Source of the DNA: a virus
Taxonomy: Duplodnaviria; Caudoviricetes
Strand: one strand, 5' to 3'
IMG/VR virus record: IMGVR_UViG_3300016476_000066
Span: 1 to 25,821 of that record
Length of the DNA: 25,821 bases
The notes under the pieces: generated by a model
Database searches by the model: none
What the model saw: only the letters and a program-made list of their open reading frames with translations
What the model was told of the DNA's origin: nothing
Shown: positions 7,935 to 16,608 of the stretch, one piece after another
Layout of the letters: each line of letters opens with the position of its first letter
Numbering within the stretch: the first letter of the stretch is position 1
Translations under genes and position numbers: made by a program

Positions 7935-9235
7935 TAGATCAGCCCTCTAAAGTACGGGAGTCGAGTGATGCGGCGCTCATCTTCTTGTGTTTGCATAAGA
8001 GAAGGAGCGCCAGTTTGTCGTGGAGAACCAGCCGCTGCTAGAAGGCCAAACGCTTTTTGAGCCTCACCAAGCGCAGCAAGCTGCCTCATTTGTTCTGCGT
8101 TAGCCTTTCTTTGAGCTTCTGCTTCTGCACCCTCTAGCGGTTTAGGAGCCTCTGCAAGGCCAAGCATAGAGCCAAAGTAGGAAAGAGAAGTTCCAAGATC
8201 ATTAGCATAAACAGGCGCAGCCGTTGATGCTGTTGTTTCAGTTTGTGCCACTGGCGCTGCAACTGGAGCAGTTACAGGTGCTGCGACCTGTGTTGGCTGA
8301 GCCAAAGGAAGCCCAAACAATCCACCCTGATTTTCAGGCTGCGGCTGCTGTATTTCTGGAAGGCCCATAATGTTCTGAGCAATCGCAGATGAGCCAAGGC
8401 CAGTTTGTGCAAGAACAACGCCTTGCGGGGTTACAATTTGAGAGCCTTGAGCCGCTGGCTTATATCCCAATCCCATACCAATGCGAACAGCATTACTATC
8501 TCCGATTGGAATAGCGCCGGGATATTGCTGACCAAGTTGACGAGCCGACTCCATAGTCAAATGAAGCGGGTCTTTGGGGTCGTATGTTCCAGCAGCAATC
8601 GTAGCACCAGCATTTGTAGCGGCGGTACGAACTGCATCACTTACAGCCTTGAACCTATCATTGTCTGCATTCGGCGGAACAATAATAGGAGTAAGACCAC
8701 GAGAACGAGCAGCATCAATGGCACGTTGAGTTGCCTCTGCCGCCGCTTGTGGGTTGGCGTAGTCGTTAGTTCCAAGTGCAATGAGAGCATTGCGAGCTTG
8801 GGTAGTCTGCGTCTCTGGCTGTGGCGTCAGCAAACCAACTGAGTTGGCAAAGTTAGCGCCCTTGCGCGTAATAGCGTCAACGCCGCCCTGATCCCTGACA
8901 GCATACCAAGGGCTTGTTCCCCTATCCCTCATCATCTCAAGAGAGAAATCGACCTGTTGCTGCCAATTTTCACGAGAAGGAGCCTGCCCATAACGGCGTT
9001 GGAACTCATAGGCCAGTCCACCCGGCGCAATTTTGGATGGGTCTGGAGAACCGGAGTAAAGCTGGAACGGGCCAAACGAGTATCCACGAGCATCACGATT
9101 GCCAAACGTAGAGCTTCCCAATGTGTTTGGGTTCAAGCCCTCGTAACGAGCAATACCAACGGCAAGATTGGGGTCAATGCCGTAAGTAGGCGCACGCTGA
9201 TAAATGTATCGGGCAATCGTGTTTACGTCTGCCAT
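7934..9235 (-). CDS. Virion-associated peptidoglycan hydrolase: lysozyme-like N-domain, permuted SGNH-like domain and Pro/Ala-rich tail
   Basis: N-domain carries GIDPNLAVGIARYEG...GPFQL...PWY (Glu and G-x-F-Q motifs). The middle domain carries LGTND, DPLH and IGDS. Confidence 0.7.
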   Translation of the reverse strand: MADVNTIARYIYQRAPTYGIDPNLAVGIARYEGLNPNTLGSSTFGNRDARGYSFGPFQLYSGSPDPSKIAPGGLAYEFQRRYGQAPSRENWQQQVDFSLEMMRDRGTSPWYAVRDQGGVDAITRKGANFANSVGLLTPQPETQTTQARNALIALGTNDYANPQAAAEATQRAIDAARSRGLTPIIVPPNADNDRFKAVSDAVRTAATNAGATIAAGTYDPKDPLHLTMESARQLGQQYPGAIPIGDSNAVRIGMGLGYKPAAQGSQIVTPQGVVLAQTGLGSSAIAQNIMGLPEIQQPQPENQGGLFGLPLAQPTQVAAPVTAPVAAPVAQTETTASTAAPVYANDLGTSLSYFGSMLGLAEAPKPLEGAEAEAQRKANAEQMRQLAALGEAQKAFGLLAAAGSPRQTGAPSLMQTQEDERRITRLPYFRGLI

Positions 9236-9237
9236 TC

Positions 9238-9924
9238 CTAATACCCCATTATATCGCTTGAGATAATAGCATCTTTAATGAGCCCAAGCCTGCGTTTAAT
9301 CTCCATCTTCCTTTCTTCAGGAAGGTTCTCAATACGCTGCCTGTTTTCATCCAAGTATGCTGTGCAATCCCAACAATCGCGCCCTGTTTTTTCGCCCTGA
9401 TTATAACCGGGAGCCATTTCAGCTCCTACCAGTTTTAGGTAATCAAGAACCTCTTCATCTGACCAAGTTTCGATTGGCATCACGTACTGAATGCCATCTA
9501 CAACAGCGCCGTTTCTGGATGTTGATTTACGGCCATCAGCGATACGCTGACCTTTGATCACATACTTAGCACCAGTGCTAAGAACAGCTGTGTGTAGAGG
9601 AATCCAAATGTTCTGAGCGCAGCAAGTAAGATACGGCTGAAGCAGAGGACCATTTTCTCCAGAAACAGACTTGCCAAGAGCAGTATTGTTCACTGGAAGA
9701 ACATCTACAGGCCAGCCATTTTCTGCAACCTGCTTTGGCTGGTTTGACTTAACCTCCCAGAAGTTAGGCAGCCTCTTCTTCCAGCCATCCATGTACTCTT
9801 GCATCTCAGGATAAACAGCGCCTGTATTCAGCCAAATGACAAGGATTTCGTCCCAGCGATGCTTGTTTAGGTACAAGCAGGCCAAGCTATCCTTGCCACC
9901 TGAAAATAGAAGCGCTGTCTCCAT
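9238..9924 (-). CDS. PAPS/APS-reductase-family (PP-loop) protein with CC-x81-CxxC Fe-S motif
   Basis: LFSGGKDS PP-loop, LNTG, CC at 101-102, KGQR..D, PIETWS, CWDC at 184-187; no C-terminal ECGLH. Confidence 0.88.
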   Translation of the reverse strand: METALLFSGGKDSLACLYLNKHRWDEILVIWLNTGAVYPEMQEYMDGWKKRLPNFWEVKSNQPKQVAENGWPVDVLPVNNTALGKSVSGENGPLLQPYLTCCAQNIWIPLHTAVLSTGAKYVIKGQRIADGRKSTSRNGAVVDGIQYVMPIETWSDEEVLDYLKLVGAEMAPGYNQGEKTGRDCWDCTAYLDENRQRIENLPEERKMEIKRRLGLIKDAIISSDIMGY

Positions 9925-10862
9925 TAGAAGCTCGCAAACGCAGCAAGGCCGCTAAGGAACGAGCCACCTGCACCAAGGGCTCCTAGGATTGGGCTACCAG
10001 TTGGAGCACCCGTTGTCGTTGATGTCGTTTCTCTTCCGTATGGAGTAGCGCCCAAAGCTGCCAAACGGAGATTGAGAGCCTCAACCGGATAGTTGCGCTC
10101 TTCTTGGAAGCGAGCATAAGCTTCATCAAGCTGGCGCTGTGCCAAGTCCTGACGAGCCTGACCGATTGCCCCCATAGTAGCGACATCAGTAAGTGCTGCA
10201 CGCTGCGCAAGACCACCAAGCTCAGCAAGGCCAGCTCCACCTTGCAAGCGCAATCCTGCTGCCTGAAGGCCAGCCGCTTGGTTAGCAAGAGCAGCCTGCT
10301 GGGCACGAGCCTGATCAGCGGAAATTGCTTGCTGAGCCTGAGCATAGTTCTGAGCTTGCAACTGTGCTGCAAGATCACCAATGCCGCGAGCAGCTTCTGC
10401 TGAAGCCACACCTTCCTGAATAGCCTGACGAGAGCCACCAAAAGCACCAGCGCGAGAAGCTTGAGCCGCGATCTGGTTCTGTTGCATCTGGAGCTGACGC
10501 ATAGCGGCTTCAGAAGCTCGATTGATGACGTTCTCAGTGTATGGGTTCATGTAGCCAGAGACATTGGCATTCAAGAATGACTGAGACTGAACGTCTTGCG
10601 GAGCATAACCAGCAACGCCGCCAATAGCCTGACCAGCCATTCCGTACAGAGGAGCAGTAAGCCCGACAGAACGCTGCGCCAATCCAAATGCAGCTTCTTG
10701 CTCTGGGGTGAATGTAGCAGTCAGGCTGCCGGGATAGTTAACGTAAGGACGCGCAGCGATTTCATTTGCAATGCGCAGATTTTCCTTACCAGCTTCTTCG
10801 ACCCACTCAGGAATCTTCTGCTGCTGAACAGTGGTTTGAGTACCGCCGCCACCTTTGCCCAT
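9924..10862 (-). CDS. Internal virion / DNA pilot (ejection) protein
   Basis: MGKGGGG start, Gln/Ala-rich, YMNPY and GAFGGSR motifs typical of podovirus ejection proteins, hydrophobic Gly-rich C-terminus. Confidence 0.75.
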   Translation of the reverse strand: MGKGGGGTQTTVQQQKIPEWVEEAGKENLRIANEIAARPYVNYPGSLTATFTPEQEAAFGLAQRSVGLTAPLYGMAGQAIGGVAGYAPQDVQSQSFLNANVSGYMNPYTENVINRASEAAMRQLQMQQNQIAAQASRAGAFGGSRQAIQEGVASAEAARGIGDLAAQLQAQNYAQAQQAISADQARAQQAALANQAAGLQAAGLRLQGGAGLAELGGLAQRAALTDVATMGAIGQARQDLAQRQLDEAYARFQEERNYPVEALNLRLAALGATPYGRETTSTTTGAPTGSPILGALGAGGSFLSGLAAFASF

Positions 10863-10863
10863 T

Positions 10864-11226
10864 TTAGTCCTCCAGTGGCAGTGCCATAGACACTGACCTG
10901 TTCTTCCAACCGTATTTTGGCAGAATCTTCTGCCAGCCCCAGCGTCCGTTCATGGTCATAAAAGAGCATCCATTCTCTTTTGCAAAAGCGATAACCTGCG
11001 GGTGCATACTCATCGCTTCATCCATGTCACCGAACACTAAAAAACAATTCAGCCACTTCTTGCGCGGTGCGACCAATATCTCTGTGATCACGCCAGCATT
11101 CTCAGTGAACCAACCCTGATACTGACCATTCTTTAGACCTAGATAGATATCGCCAACAGTGTGCGTATCCCCTCCAAGTCGAAGAGCCTTTTCCATCCTA
11201 GTAAGGAGGAGCGCCTGTTTGTCCAA
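10864..11226 (-). CDS. GNAT-like (acetyltransferase-fold) virion morphogenesis protein
   Basis: FAKENGCSFMTMNGRWGWQKILPKYGW pattern; located between the nozzle and ejection genes, as in other podoviruses. Confidence 0.6.
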   Translation of the reverse strand: MDKQALLLTRMEKALRLGGDTHTVGDIYLGLKNGQYQGWFTENAGVITEILVAPRKKWLNCFLVFGDMDEAMSMHPQVIAFAKENGCSFMTMNGRWGWQKILPKYGWKNRSVSMALPLED

Positions 11227-11428
11227 GTGCCACCGAAGTAGTTGTTAGGTTGCCACTATTATCTACCGTAACTTTCCAAACAGCGCCATCTGGCGACTGC
11301 AAAAGAACGCCATCAACTGCCTCAATCTTGCGGATTGAGCCATTAATAGCCTGAGAGAACGTGGCAAACGCTCGATTGAAGTAGCCGCTGTCGTATGACG
11401 GAGGTACAGGCTGGAAAGTGACGTTCAT
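11198..11428 (-). CDS. Small tail-associated protein (needle/plug position)
   Basis: 76 aa, with a LQSPDGAVWKVTVDNSGNLTT beta motif seen in trimeric tail proteins; ATGA overlap with the nozzle gene. Confidence 0.55.
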   Translation of the reverse strand: MNVTFQPVPPSYDSGYFNRAFATFSQAINGSIRKIEAVDGVLLQSPDGAVWKVTVDNSGNLTTTSVALGQTGAPPY

Positions 11429-13380
11429 CGACCGCCACTCCCCATGAACTCAATTCGCATCTCTCCGATTGACCACGGCGCATCTTCAGTCGCCGCGATC
11501 TTCATGCGGAAGTCACGACCAGTCACACGCATATCTGTGTACCCGTCAGAGCGAGGGTTGAACGGACCAGATGTCGTTTCAGCACCTTCCGGTGTAAACG
11601 ACGAATAGACAGTGATAGCGGTGCTGTCGTAGCCATAACCGCTGTCAGTGATGGCCTGACGGATATGGCTTACAACATTGCCGTTCTGGATATTCAAGGA
11701 ACCTGTCTCGACCCAACGATCACCCTGAAGAGACGCACCAGCTGCTGTCCAACCATCTTCATGGTAGTAAAGATCATTGTTTTCATCAGCAGCCATTGGA
11801 TACTTCAGCACGCCCGCCCCAACCGAGGCCGTGCGCGTCATTGTTCCAATGGTCCACCAATCTTCTGCATAGTTGTAAACAACATACCGATCAGGAACAT
11901 CGCTGCCTTCTGATGGATACCAGAACCATGCTTCTGGGAATATGCCGTTCTCAGCGCCATTTGTATAAAGAATGCCAGTGTTGGGATCGACATTCTCAAA
12001 AACATACGATCCAACATCGCAGCGGAGCGGACGAACAGTGCCGCCGTCATATAGCCAGAAGCTTTCTTTGCTCATCCAAATGCAGCGCCCCGCAGTCGTG
12101 GCAAAAGCACGAGGAGCAACAAGTCCGCAACCGTAGCCAATACGAGTAATCGCATAGACATACGGCAGGCCAACATACTGCATCAGCCATGCTTCGTCTT
12201 CCGTCCATATAATCGTACCTTCACGAACGGCAGCGCACATGATGATCTTGCTGGATGTATCAAGATCAAGATAGCCAGCCGTGTTTGTAGGATCAGCAAA
12301 ATCCCACTCTGTGTAATCTTCGCGAGAAGACCAAGCAACTCGACGAGGATTACCACCAGCACCAATCAAGACTGCATGGCGTTCTGGTGTAACGATAACA
12401 CCGCGATTATTGGTAGGAACTGGAGTTGCCGTTGATGCCGTTCCTCCAGTACCAGAAGCATCTGTTCCAGCGTCTGTATAAGTAAAGCTGTGATCAGTCG
12501 GAACTCCAGTAATGGTAAATGTCCCATTCATAGAAGACACACTTGTATCAGAAACGACAACTGTCTGACCAACTACAAAACCATGATGGTATTGTGTTGT
12601 AATAGTTACAACATTGCTCGACCGAACAGCAGTTGTGATTGTGCTTGACCCAACTACGTGCGCGTCAACTTCTCCATCTTCGTAGTGAAGCAAACGACCA
12701 TCGCTAGAAGCAACAGCAAGGATGTCTCCACCCCAGTTATCAATTGTCCAGCAGAACGATGGGATGAAAGCAGAGGAAACAGGACGCCAGTCAGCAGTTG
12801 GCAGAGAAGCAACACCACCCGAAGAGGAGGCGTTAGCCGCTGTCTGAGAATAAGTGAATGTTGTTGAGTTTGTGACCGTGACTGTAAACGTGCCGTTAAA
12901 GCTGCTGTCAGTAACACCAGCAATCATCACAGACATACCAGTGATGAACTGGTTAGCCGTTGCTGTTGTGATTGTCACGACATTGCTTGTGCGAACAGCC
13001 GTAGAGATATCAACCCCGGCATAGTCAAGGCCATAAAGAAGCTCGCCGTAGTCACCAGCGCCATAGCCGCCAGTCTCACCTTCTTCAGCCCCAATAAAAT
13101 TAGCAGGAGTAATGTCATCATAAGTTGAGCCACGAAGGACATACAACTTGTCATTGCATCCGACAGCGGTAACGAGAGCATCAAGCTGTGTTGTCCACGG
13201 GAACAGGATGCGAGGAGTGCTTGCTAGAGGAGTTGAGGTAATGCGCTGCCAGCCGCCAACAGGCAGCAGTTTACCAGCGCGCCAACGGATCAGGTTTGCA
13301 TCCCAATAGCGACCCTTCACCTGAAGCGGAGTTGCCGTCTTCAGGACGCCGGGAGGAATGTTGAGTGGAGCCAGTGGCAT
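11425..13380 (-). CDS. Tail nozzle / tubular protein B (P22 gp10-like) with two inserted beta-domains
   Basis: 651 aa, beta-rich and Trp-rich propeller-like sequence (PRRVAWSSREDYTEWD...AGYLDL; YVVYNYAEDWWTIG); gene position fits. Confidence 0.78.
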   Translation of the reverse strand: MPLAPLNIPPGVLKTATPLQVKGRYWDANLIRWRAGKLLPVGGWQRITSTPLASTPRILFPWTTQLDALVTAVGCNDKLYVLRGSTYDDITPANFIGAEEGETGGYGAGDYGELLYGLDYAGVDISTAVRTSNVVTITTATANQFITGMSVMIAGVTDSSFNGTFTVTVTNSTTFTYSQTAANASSSGGVASLPTADWRPVSSAFIPSFCWTIDNWGGDILAVASSDGRLLHYEDGEVDAHVVGSSTITTAVRSSNVVTITTQYHHGFVVGQTVVVSDTSVSSMNGTFTITGVPTDHSFTYTDAGTDASGTGGTASTATPVPTNNRGVIVTPERHAVLIGAGGNPRRVAWSSREDYTEWDFADPTNTAGYLDLDTSSKIIMCAAVREGTIIWTEDEAWLMQYVGLPYVYAITRIGYGCGLVAPRAFATTAGRCIWMSKESFWLYDGGTVRPLRCDVGSYVFENVDPNTGILYTNGAENGIFPEAWFWYPSEGSDVPDRYVVYNYAEDWWTIGTMTRTASVGAGVLKYPMAADENNDLYYHEDGWTAAGASLQGDRWVETGSLNIQNGNVVSHIRQAITDSGYGYDSTAITVYSSFTPEGAETTSGPFNPRSDGYTDMRVTGRDFRMKIAATEDAPWSIGEMRIEFMGSGGR

Positions 13381-13423
13381 TTTAACCCCTTAGAAGATGT
13401 TCATTTATACCACGAAATAGGCT

Positions 13424-13933
13424 TCAAGCCATTCCCTTTGCCACTTCCTCTACCTCTGCAACCCTTCGCATCCAACCCTTTCCAAAGACCTCAAAGGTTG
13501 GGAGGCTTCTTAGGAAATCGACTCGAATGCCGCAGATGGCATCTACCACCTCATCTGCCGGAGCATCCATAACAGCAGCCATAGTCTTGCGACCGATAAT
13601 GCCGTCAGCCGGCACTCCTACGACTTGCTGAAGATACTTAGCAGCCCGTGTAGGCCCAGAGTTCACTGCTAGATCATAGACCGCATAGTCTATTCCGGCA
13701 GGGAGTTCATCCCCACGTACCTTGTCCCAATAACGCGACTTATAGAAAGGCTTTACCATCTCAGGCGTCAAAGCCTTCATTTCAGCCTCTGTCACTGGCC
13801 TATCAATATAAGCCTCCCAAGAGCGCTGAGTAACACCAAGATTGGTGCGGCCACCCGGATCACGAGGATGGTTTACAAAACCCCCTTCGTGGCTCAAGAC
13901 CAGTCTAAAGCACCTTTCCCAGTTCTCTTTCAT
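13424..13933 (-). CDS. Endolysin, glycoside hydrolase family 108 with C-terminal PG-binding domain
   Basis: HEGGFVNHPRDPGGRTNLGVT GH108 motif; ADGIIGRKT and FGKGWMRRV. Confidence 0.93.
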   Translation of the reverse strand: MKENWERCFRLVLSHEGGFVNHPRDPGGRTNLGVTQRSWEAYIDRPVTEAEMKALTPEMVKPFYKSRYWDKVRGDELPAGIDYAVYDLAVNSGPTRAAKYLQQVVGVPADGIIGRKTMAAVMDAPADEVVDAICGIRVDFLRSLPTFEVFGKGWMRRVAEVEEVAKGMA

Positions 13934-14322
13934 TTCCCAGCCACGCCTTTTATTTTCTCATAGGTGCGCAATCCACCCATGCCGAGAAGGGCGAAAACAA
14001 GCTCCCAAAGAGTTCCGTCTAGTTTTGGAGGCGCGGCGAGTGTTACCCCAATGCTGGCAGTAAGCCACATAAGAATGGGTGTAGCTACGTACTGATACGC
14101 CAAAGCACCACCACAGACCCATCCAATAAAAGGACGCCATCCTGATACAAAGACGCTGGAGTTTGCGGCCTCAACAGCATTCACATCGGTCTGCGACTTG
14201 TCCCACCCTTGCAATGCTGAGCGTAGCTCATTTTCTGCCTTTTGCTTTGCAGCAGGATCAGGGACGAACTTGTCAATGACCCTCAGACCAGCAGCGATTG
14301 CATCATCAACCCCAAAGGCCAT
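13930..14322 (-). CDS. Holin, GTA-type 3TM family
   Basis: FVSGWRPFIGWVCG...LLGMGGLRTYEKIKGV signature with hydrophobic segments; overlaps the endolysin start. Confidence 0.88.
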   Translation of the reverse strand: MAFGVDDAIAAGLRVIDKFVPDPAAKQKAENELRSALQGWDKSQTDVNAVEAANSSVFVSGWRPFIGWVCGGALAYQYVATPILMWLTASIGVTLAAPPKLDGTLWELVFALLGMGGLRTYEKIKGVAGK

Positions 14323-14334
14323 GATATTCCCCCA

Positions 14335-14571
14335 TCAGCTCTTATCAGCCTTGCTTTCAAGCTTGTCATAGATGCGTTGGAACATCTGCTCGATATGCTC
14401 CATGCGCCTATCCAAGTCGATCTTCTGCGCATATTCCTTTGGAAGGTTAACCTCCAAATCATGCAGGTCGCGGCGAAGTTCTTTCACCGCGCCCCACATC
14501 TCGCGCGCAAGCCAACCAACAACAGCAAAGCCTGTTGCAACGGATAGGTTGATGATCGACTGCATATCCAT
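14335..14571 (-). CDS. Small membrane-anchored coiled-coil protein (lysis accessory?)
   Basis: N-terminal TM segment (IINLSVATGFAVVGWLA) followed by a coiled coil; lies upstream of the holin. Confidence 0.6.
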   Translation of the reverse strand: MDMQSIINLSVATGFAVVGWLAREMWGAVKELRRDLHDLEVNLPKEYAQKIDLDRRMEHIEQMFQRIYDKLESKADKS

Positions 14572-14583
14572 GACGGCTCATTC

Positions 14584-14955
14584 CTATGCTTCAGGGACAA
14601 GAACCCAAGACTGGGTTGCCTCATCCCACTGATACTGCTTTCCATCGTTCGGATATGGAACAGGTGGCTCCCACTGATAAATGTTTGTGTTCAGCAGCCA
14701 CGATGGATAAGGCTTCGGAGGAATGAACGCACCAGCTGTTGCGTCAAACAGATAGCCAATTCCCGCATAGTTATAACGGAAACTGGCATTGTATGATGTC
14801 TGAGCCCAACGTGTATCTTCACCAAACAGAGATTGGCAGAAAGCCACGCCAATAGGCTCGCTAGCAGGAAATTGCTCATTGCTGATGACTTCGTTGCTAA
14901 CAACGATCACCTGCGTGACGAGACTGTTCTCATCTAGTTGCGCGAAGTGTGCCAT
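14584..14955 (-). CDS. Tail-fibre-associated protein (MAHFAQLDEN...)
   Basis: Start re-assigned to ATG 14955 (TAATG coupling). WAQTSYN...RYNYAGIGY...FIPPKPYPSW...WEPPVPYP...WDE is a pattern that usually follows Gly-rich fibre genes. Confidence 0.7.
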   Translation of the reverse strand: MAHFAQLDENSLVTQVIVVSNEVISNEQFPASEPIGVAFCQSLFGEDTRWAQTSYNASFRYNYAGIGYLFDATAGAFIPPKPYPSWLLNTNIYQWEPPVPYPNDGKQYQWDEATQSWVLVPEA

Positions 14956-15785
14956 TAGAATGTGATGCTCCCTGATCCTGTCCATTCATAAATCCTGTAA
15001 CCGTTTGATACAGTTACAGTTGGAGACCCGGTAGTAGAAGCAGCCGCATTGTACTTGCTAGGATAGCGGATAATAACTTTTCCTGAGCCGCCGTTCCCGC
15101 CAGTTGTTGTTCCTGATGGGAAGCCGCTTGTTCCACCACCACCGCCGCCGCCAGTGTTAGCTGTGCCAGCATTGCCGTTTGACCCTCCATCGCCGCCGCC
15201 GCCTGAACCACCAGTTCCAAATATTCCGCGACATCCGCCACCACCGCCGCCTGCATAGGTTACTGACGATCCAGTAATGGATGATGCAGTACCATTGCCG
15301 CCGTTACCACCATTCGTGCTTGAGCCATTGCCACCAACTGCCGAAGCACCACCGCCGCCACCACCACCATATGCAAATGACGAGAATCCTGTACCACCAT
15401 TATTACCTTGACCAGCTGTGCCAGTACCAAAGCTTGAGCTTCTGTAGTCAGCGCCGCCGCCAGAACCACCATTAGAACCAGAATTAATATCCCACCCACC
15501 ACCAGCGCCGCCACCAGTTGATGTGATTGACGAAAAAACGCTGTTAGAGCCATTAGTTCCCTTAGCAGTAGCTCCAGTGCCACCAGCACCTACTGTTACT
15601 GTGATTGCAGAACCTGAAGCTACAGCAAGCCCTGTCGCTGTTCTAAATCCACCAGCGCCACCGCCGCCCATACCAGCACCATTAGTGCCGCCGCCACCAG
15701 CGCCGCCGCCAGCAACTACAAGGTATTCAACATCTGGAGTAACGCCGCCAAAGTCTGGGCCAAGCAGCATTGCATAAGCAGTCAT
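14955..15785 (-). CDS. Glycine-rich (polyglycine) fibre/receptor-binding domain protein
   Basis: VEYLVVAGGGAGG...GGGGAGG...YAGGGGGG...NTGGGGGG...GGSGKVIIRY pattern. Confidence 0.82.
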   Translation of the reverse strand: MTAYAMLLGPDFGGVTPDVEYLVVAGGGAGGGGTNGAGMGGGGAGGFRTATGLAVASGSAITVTVGAGGTGATAKGTNGSNSVFSSITSTGGGAGGGWDINSGSNGGSGGGADYRSSSFGTGTAGQGNNGGTGFSSFAYGGGGGGGASAVGGNGSSTNGGNGGNGTASSITGSSVTYAGGGGGGCRGIFGTGGSGGGGDGGSNGNAGTANTGGGGGGGTSGFPSGTTTGGNGGSGKVIIRYPSKYNAAASTTGSPTVTVSNGYRIYEWTGSGSITF

Positions 15786-16591
15786 CAGCTTACTCCACCG
15801 CCAGTGATGACGAAGGTGTTAGATGCAACGCAGAGGAGCGTGCAAAGGCCATATTGCGCCAACGTGCGGTTGCCAGTGTTCGCAGTTCCAACCTGACGGA
15901 TCGTTACAGATGTGCCTTGCGTAATTGTCTGGCTGCTGCCGCTGTTGTTATAAATTGTGATCGTATCGCCAATGCTGAAGATTCCTGAGTTTACAGTAAC
16001 GCCACCAGTCGTAATGCTGATGTGTTTACCAGCATCAGACGCAACAAGCACATAAGCTGATGTTTGTGCGTTCTGAGGAACACGGCGAAGTTCACCCTTA
16101 CTGTCAGTAACAGTAGTAAATGTGCCAGCCGCTGCCGTTGTTCCACCAATAACAGCATTGTCGATTGTGCCGCCGCTAATTGCAGGTGAAGTCAGCGTCT
16201 TGTTCGTCAGCGTGTCTGTCGTTGCACGACCGACAAGTGTGTCCGTGCTTGTTGGGAGAGTCAGCGTGCCAGTGTTGCTGATTGTGCTGATAACAGGTGT
16301 TGTTAGTGTTTTGTTTGTAAGCGTCTGAGTCCCGCTGACAGTCACCACTGTTGCGCCGCCAGCAGTTGCAGCTGCGGGGAGAGTTGCCGTGCCAGTCACA
16401 GTCAACGTACCAGCAACCGTCAGTGTCTTTCCGCTTCCGACATTCAAACCAACTGACGTTCCATTGCCAGCAGCATTGAACAGGGCATCAAGCGTATCAA
16501 GGTCAGTGTTGAGCTTCGTTCCCCACGTATCGCGGGACGCGCCAACTTCCGGCTTAGTCATATTCAGGTTAGTGGTATATGAATCGGCCAC
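15785..16591 (-). CDS. Tail fibre protein
   Basis: Probable GTG start at 16591 after AAGGAGG. N-terminal [23 protein letters not shown] anchor motif; two TLTNKTLT repeats; Thr-rich. Confidence 0.8.
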   Translation of the reverse strand: MADSYTTNLNMTKPEVGASRDTWGTKLNTDLDTLDALFNAAGNGTSVGLNVGSGKTLTVAGTLTVTGTATLPAAATAGGATVVTVSGTQTLTNKTLTTPVISTISNTGTLTLPTSTDTLVGRATTDTLTNKTLTSPAISGGTIDNAVIGGTTAAAGTFTTVTDSKGELRRVPQNAQTSAYVLVASDAGKHISITTGGVTVNSGIFSIGDTITIYNNSGSSQTITQGTSVTIRQVGTANTGNRTLAQYGLCTLLCVASNTFVITGGGVS

Positions 16592-16608
16592 TGGAGCCTC
16601 CTTCGCCC

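Noticed and set aside
9238-9924. Annotation as cysH sulfur-assimilation auxiliary gene
   Set aside because: It lacks the ECGLH catalytic tail and has no sulfur-pathway neighbours; only the family call is kept.
13403-13412. Possible DnaA box (TTATACCAC)
   Set aside because: Does not match TTWTNCACA.
15100-15720. GCC/CCA-rich repeats as a possible array or DGR target
   Set aside because: Explained by polyglycine codons; no spacer structure, template repeat or reverse transcriptase seen.
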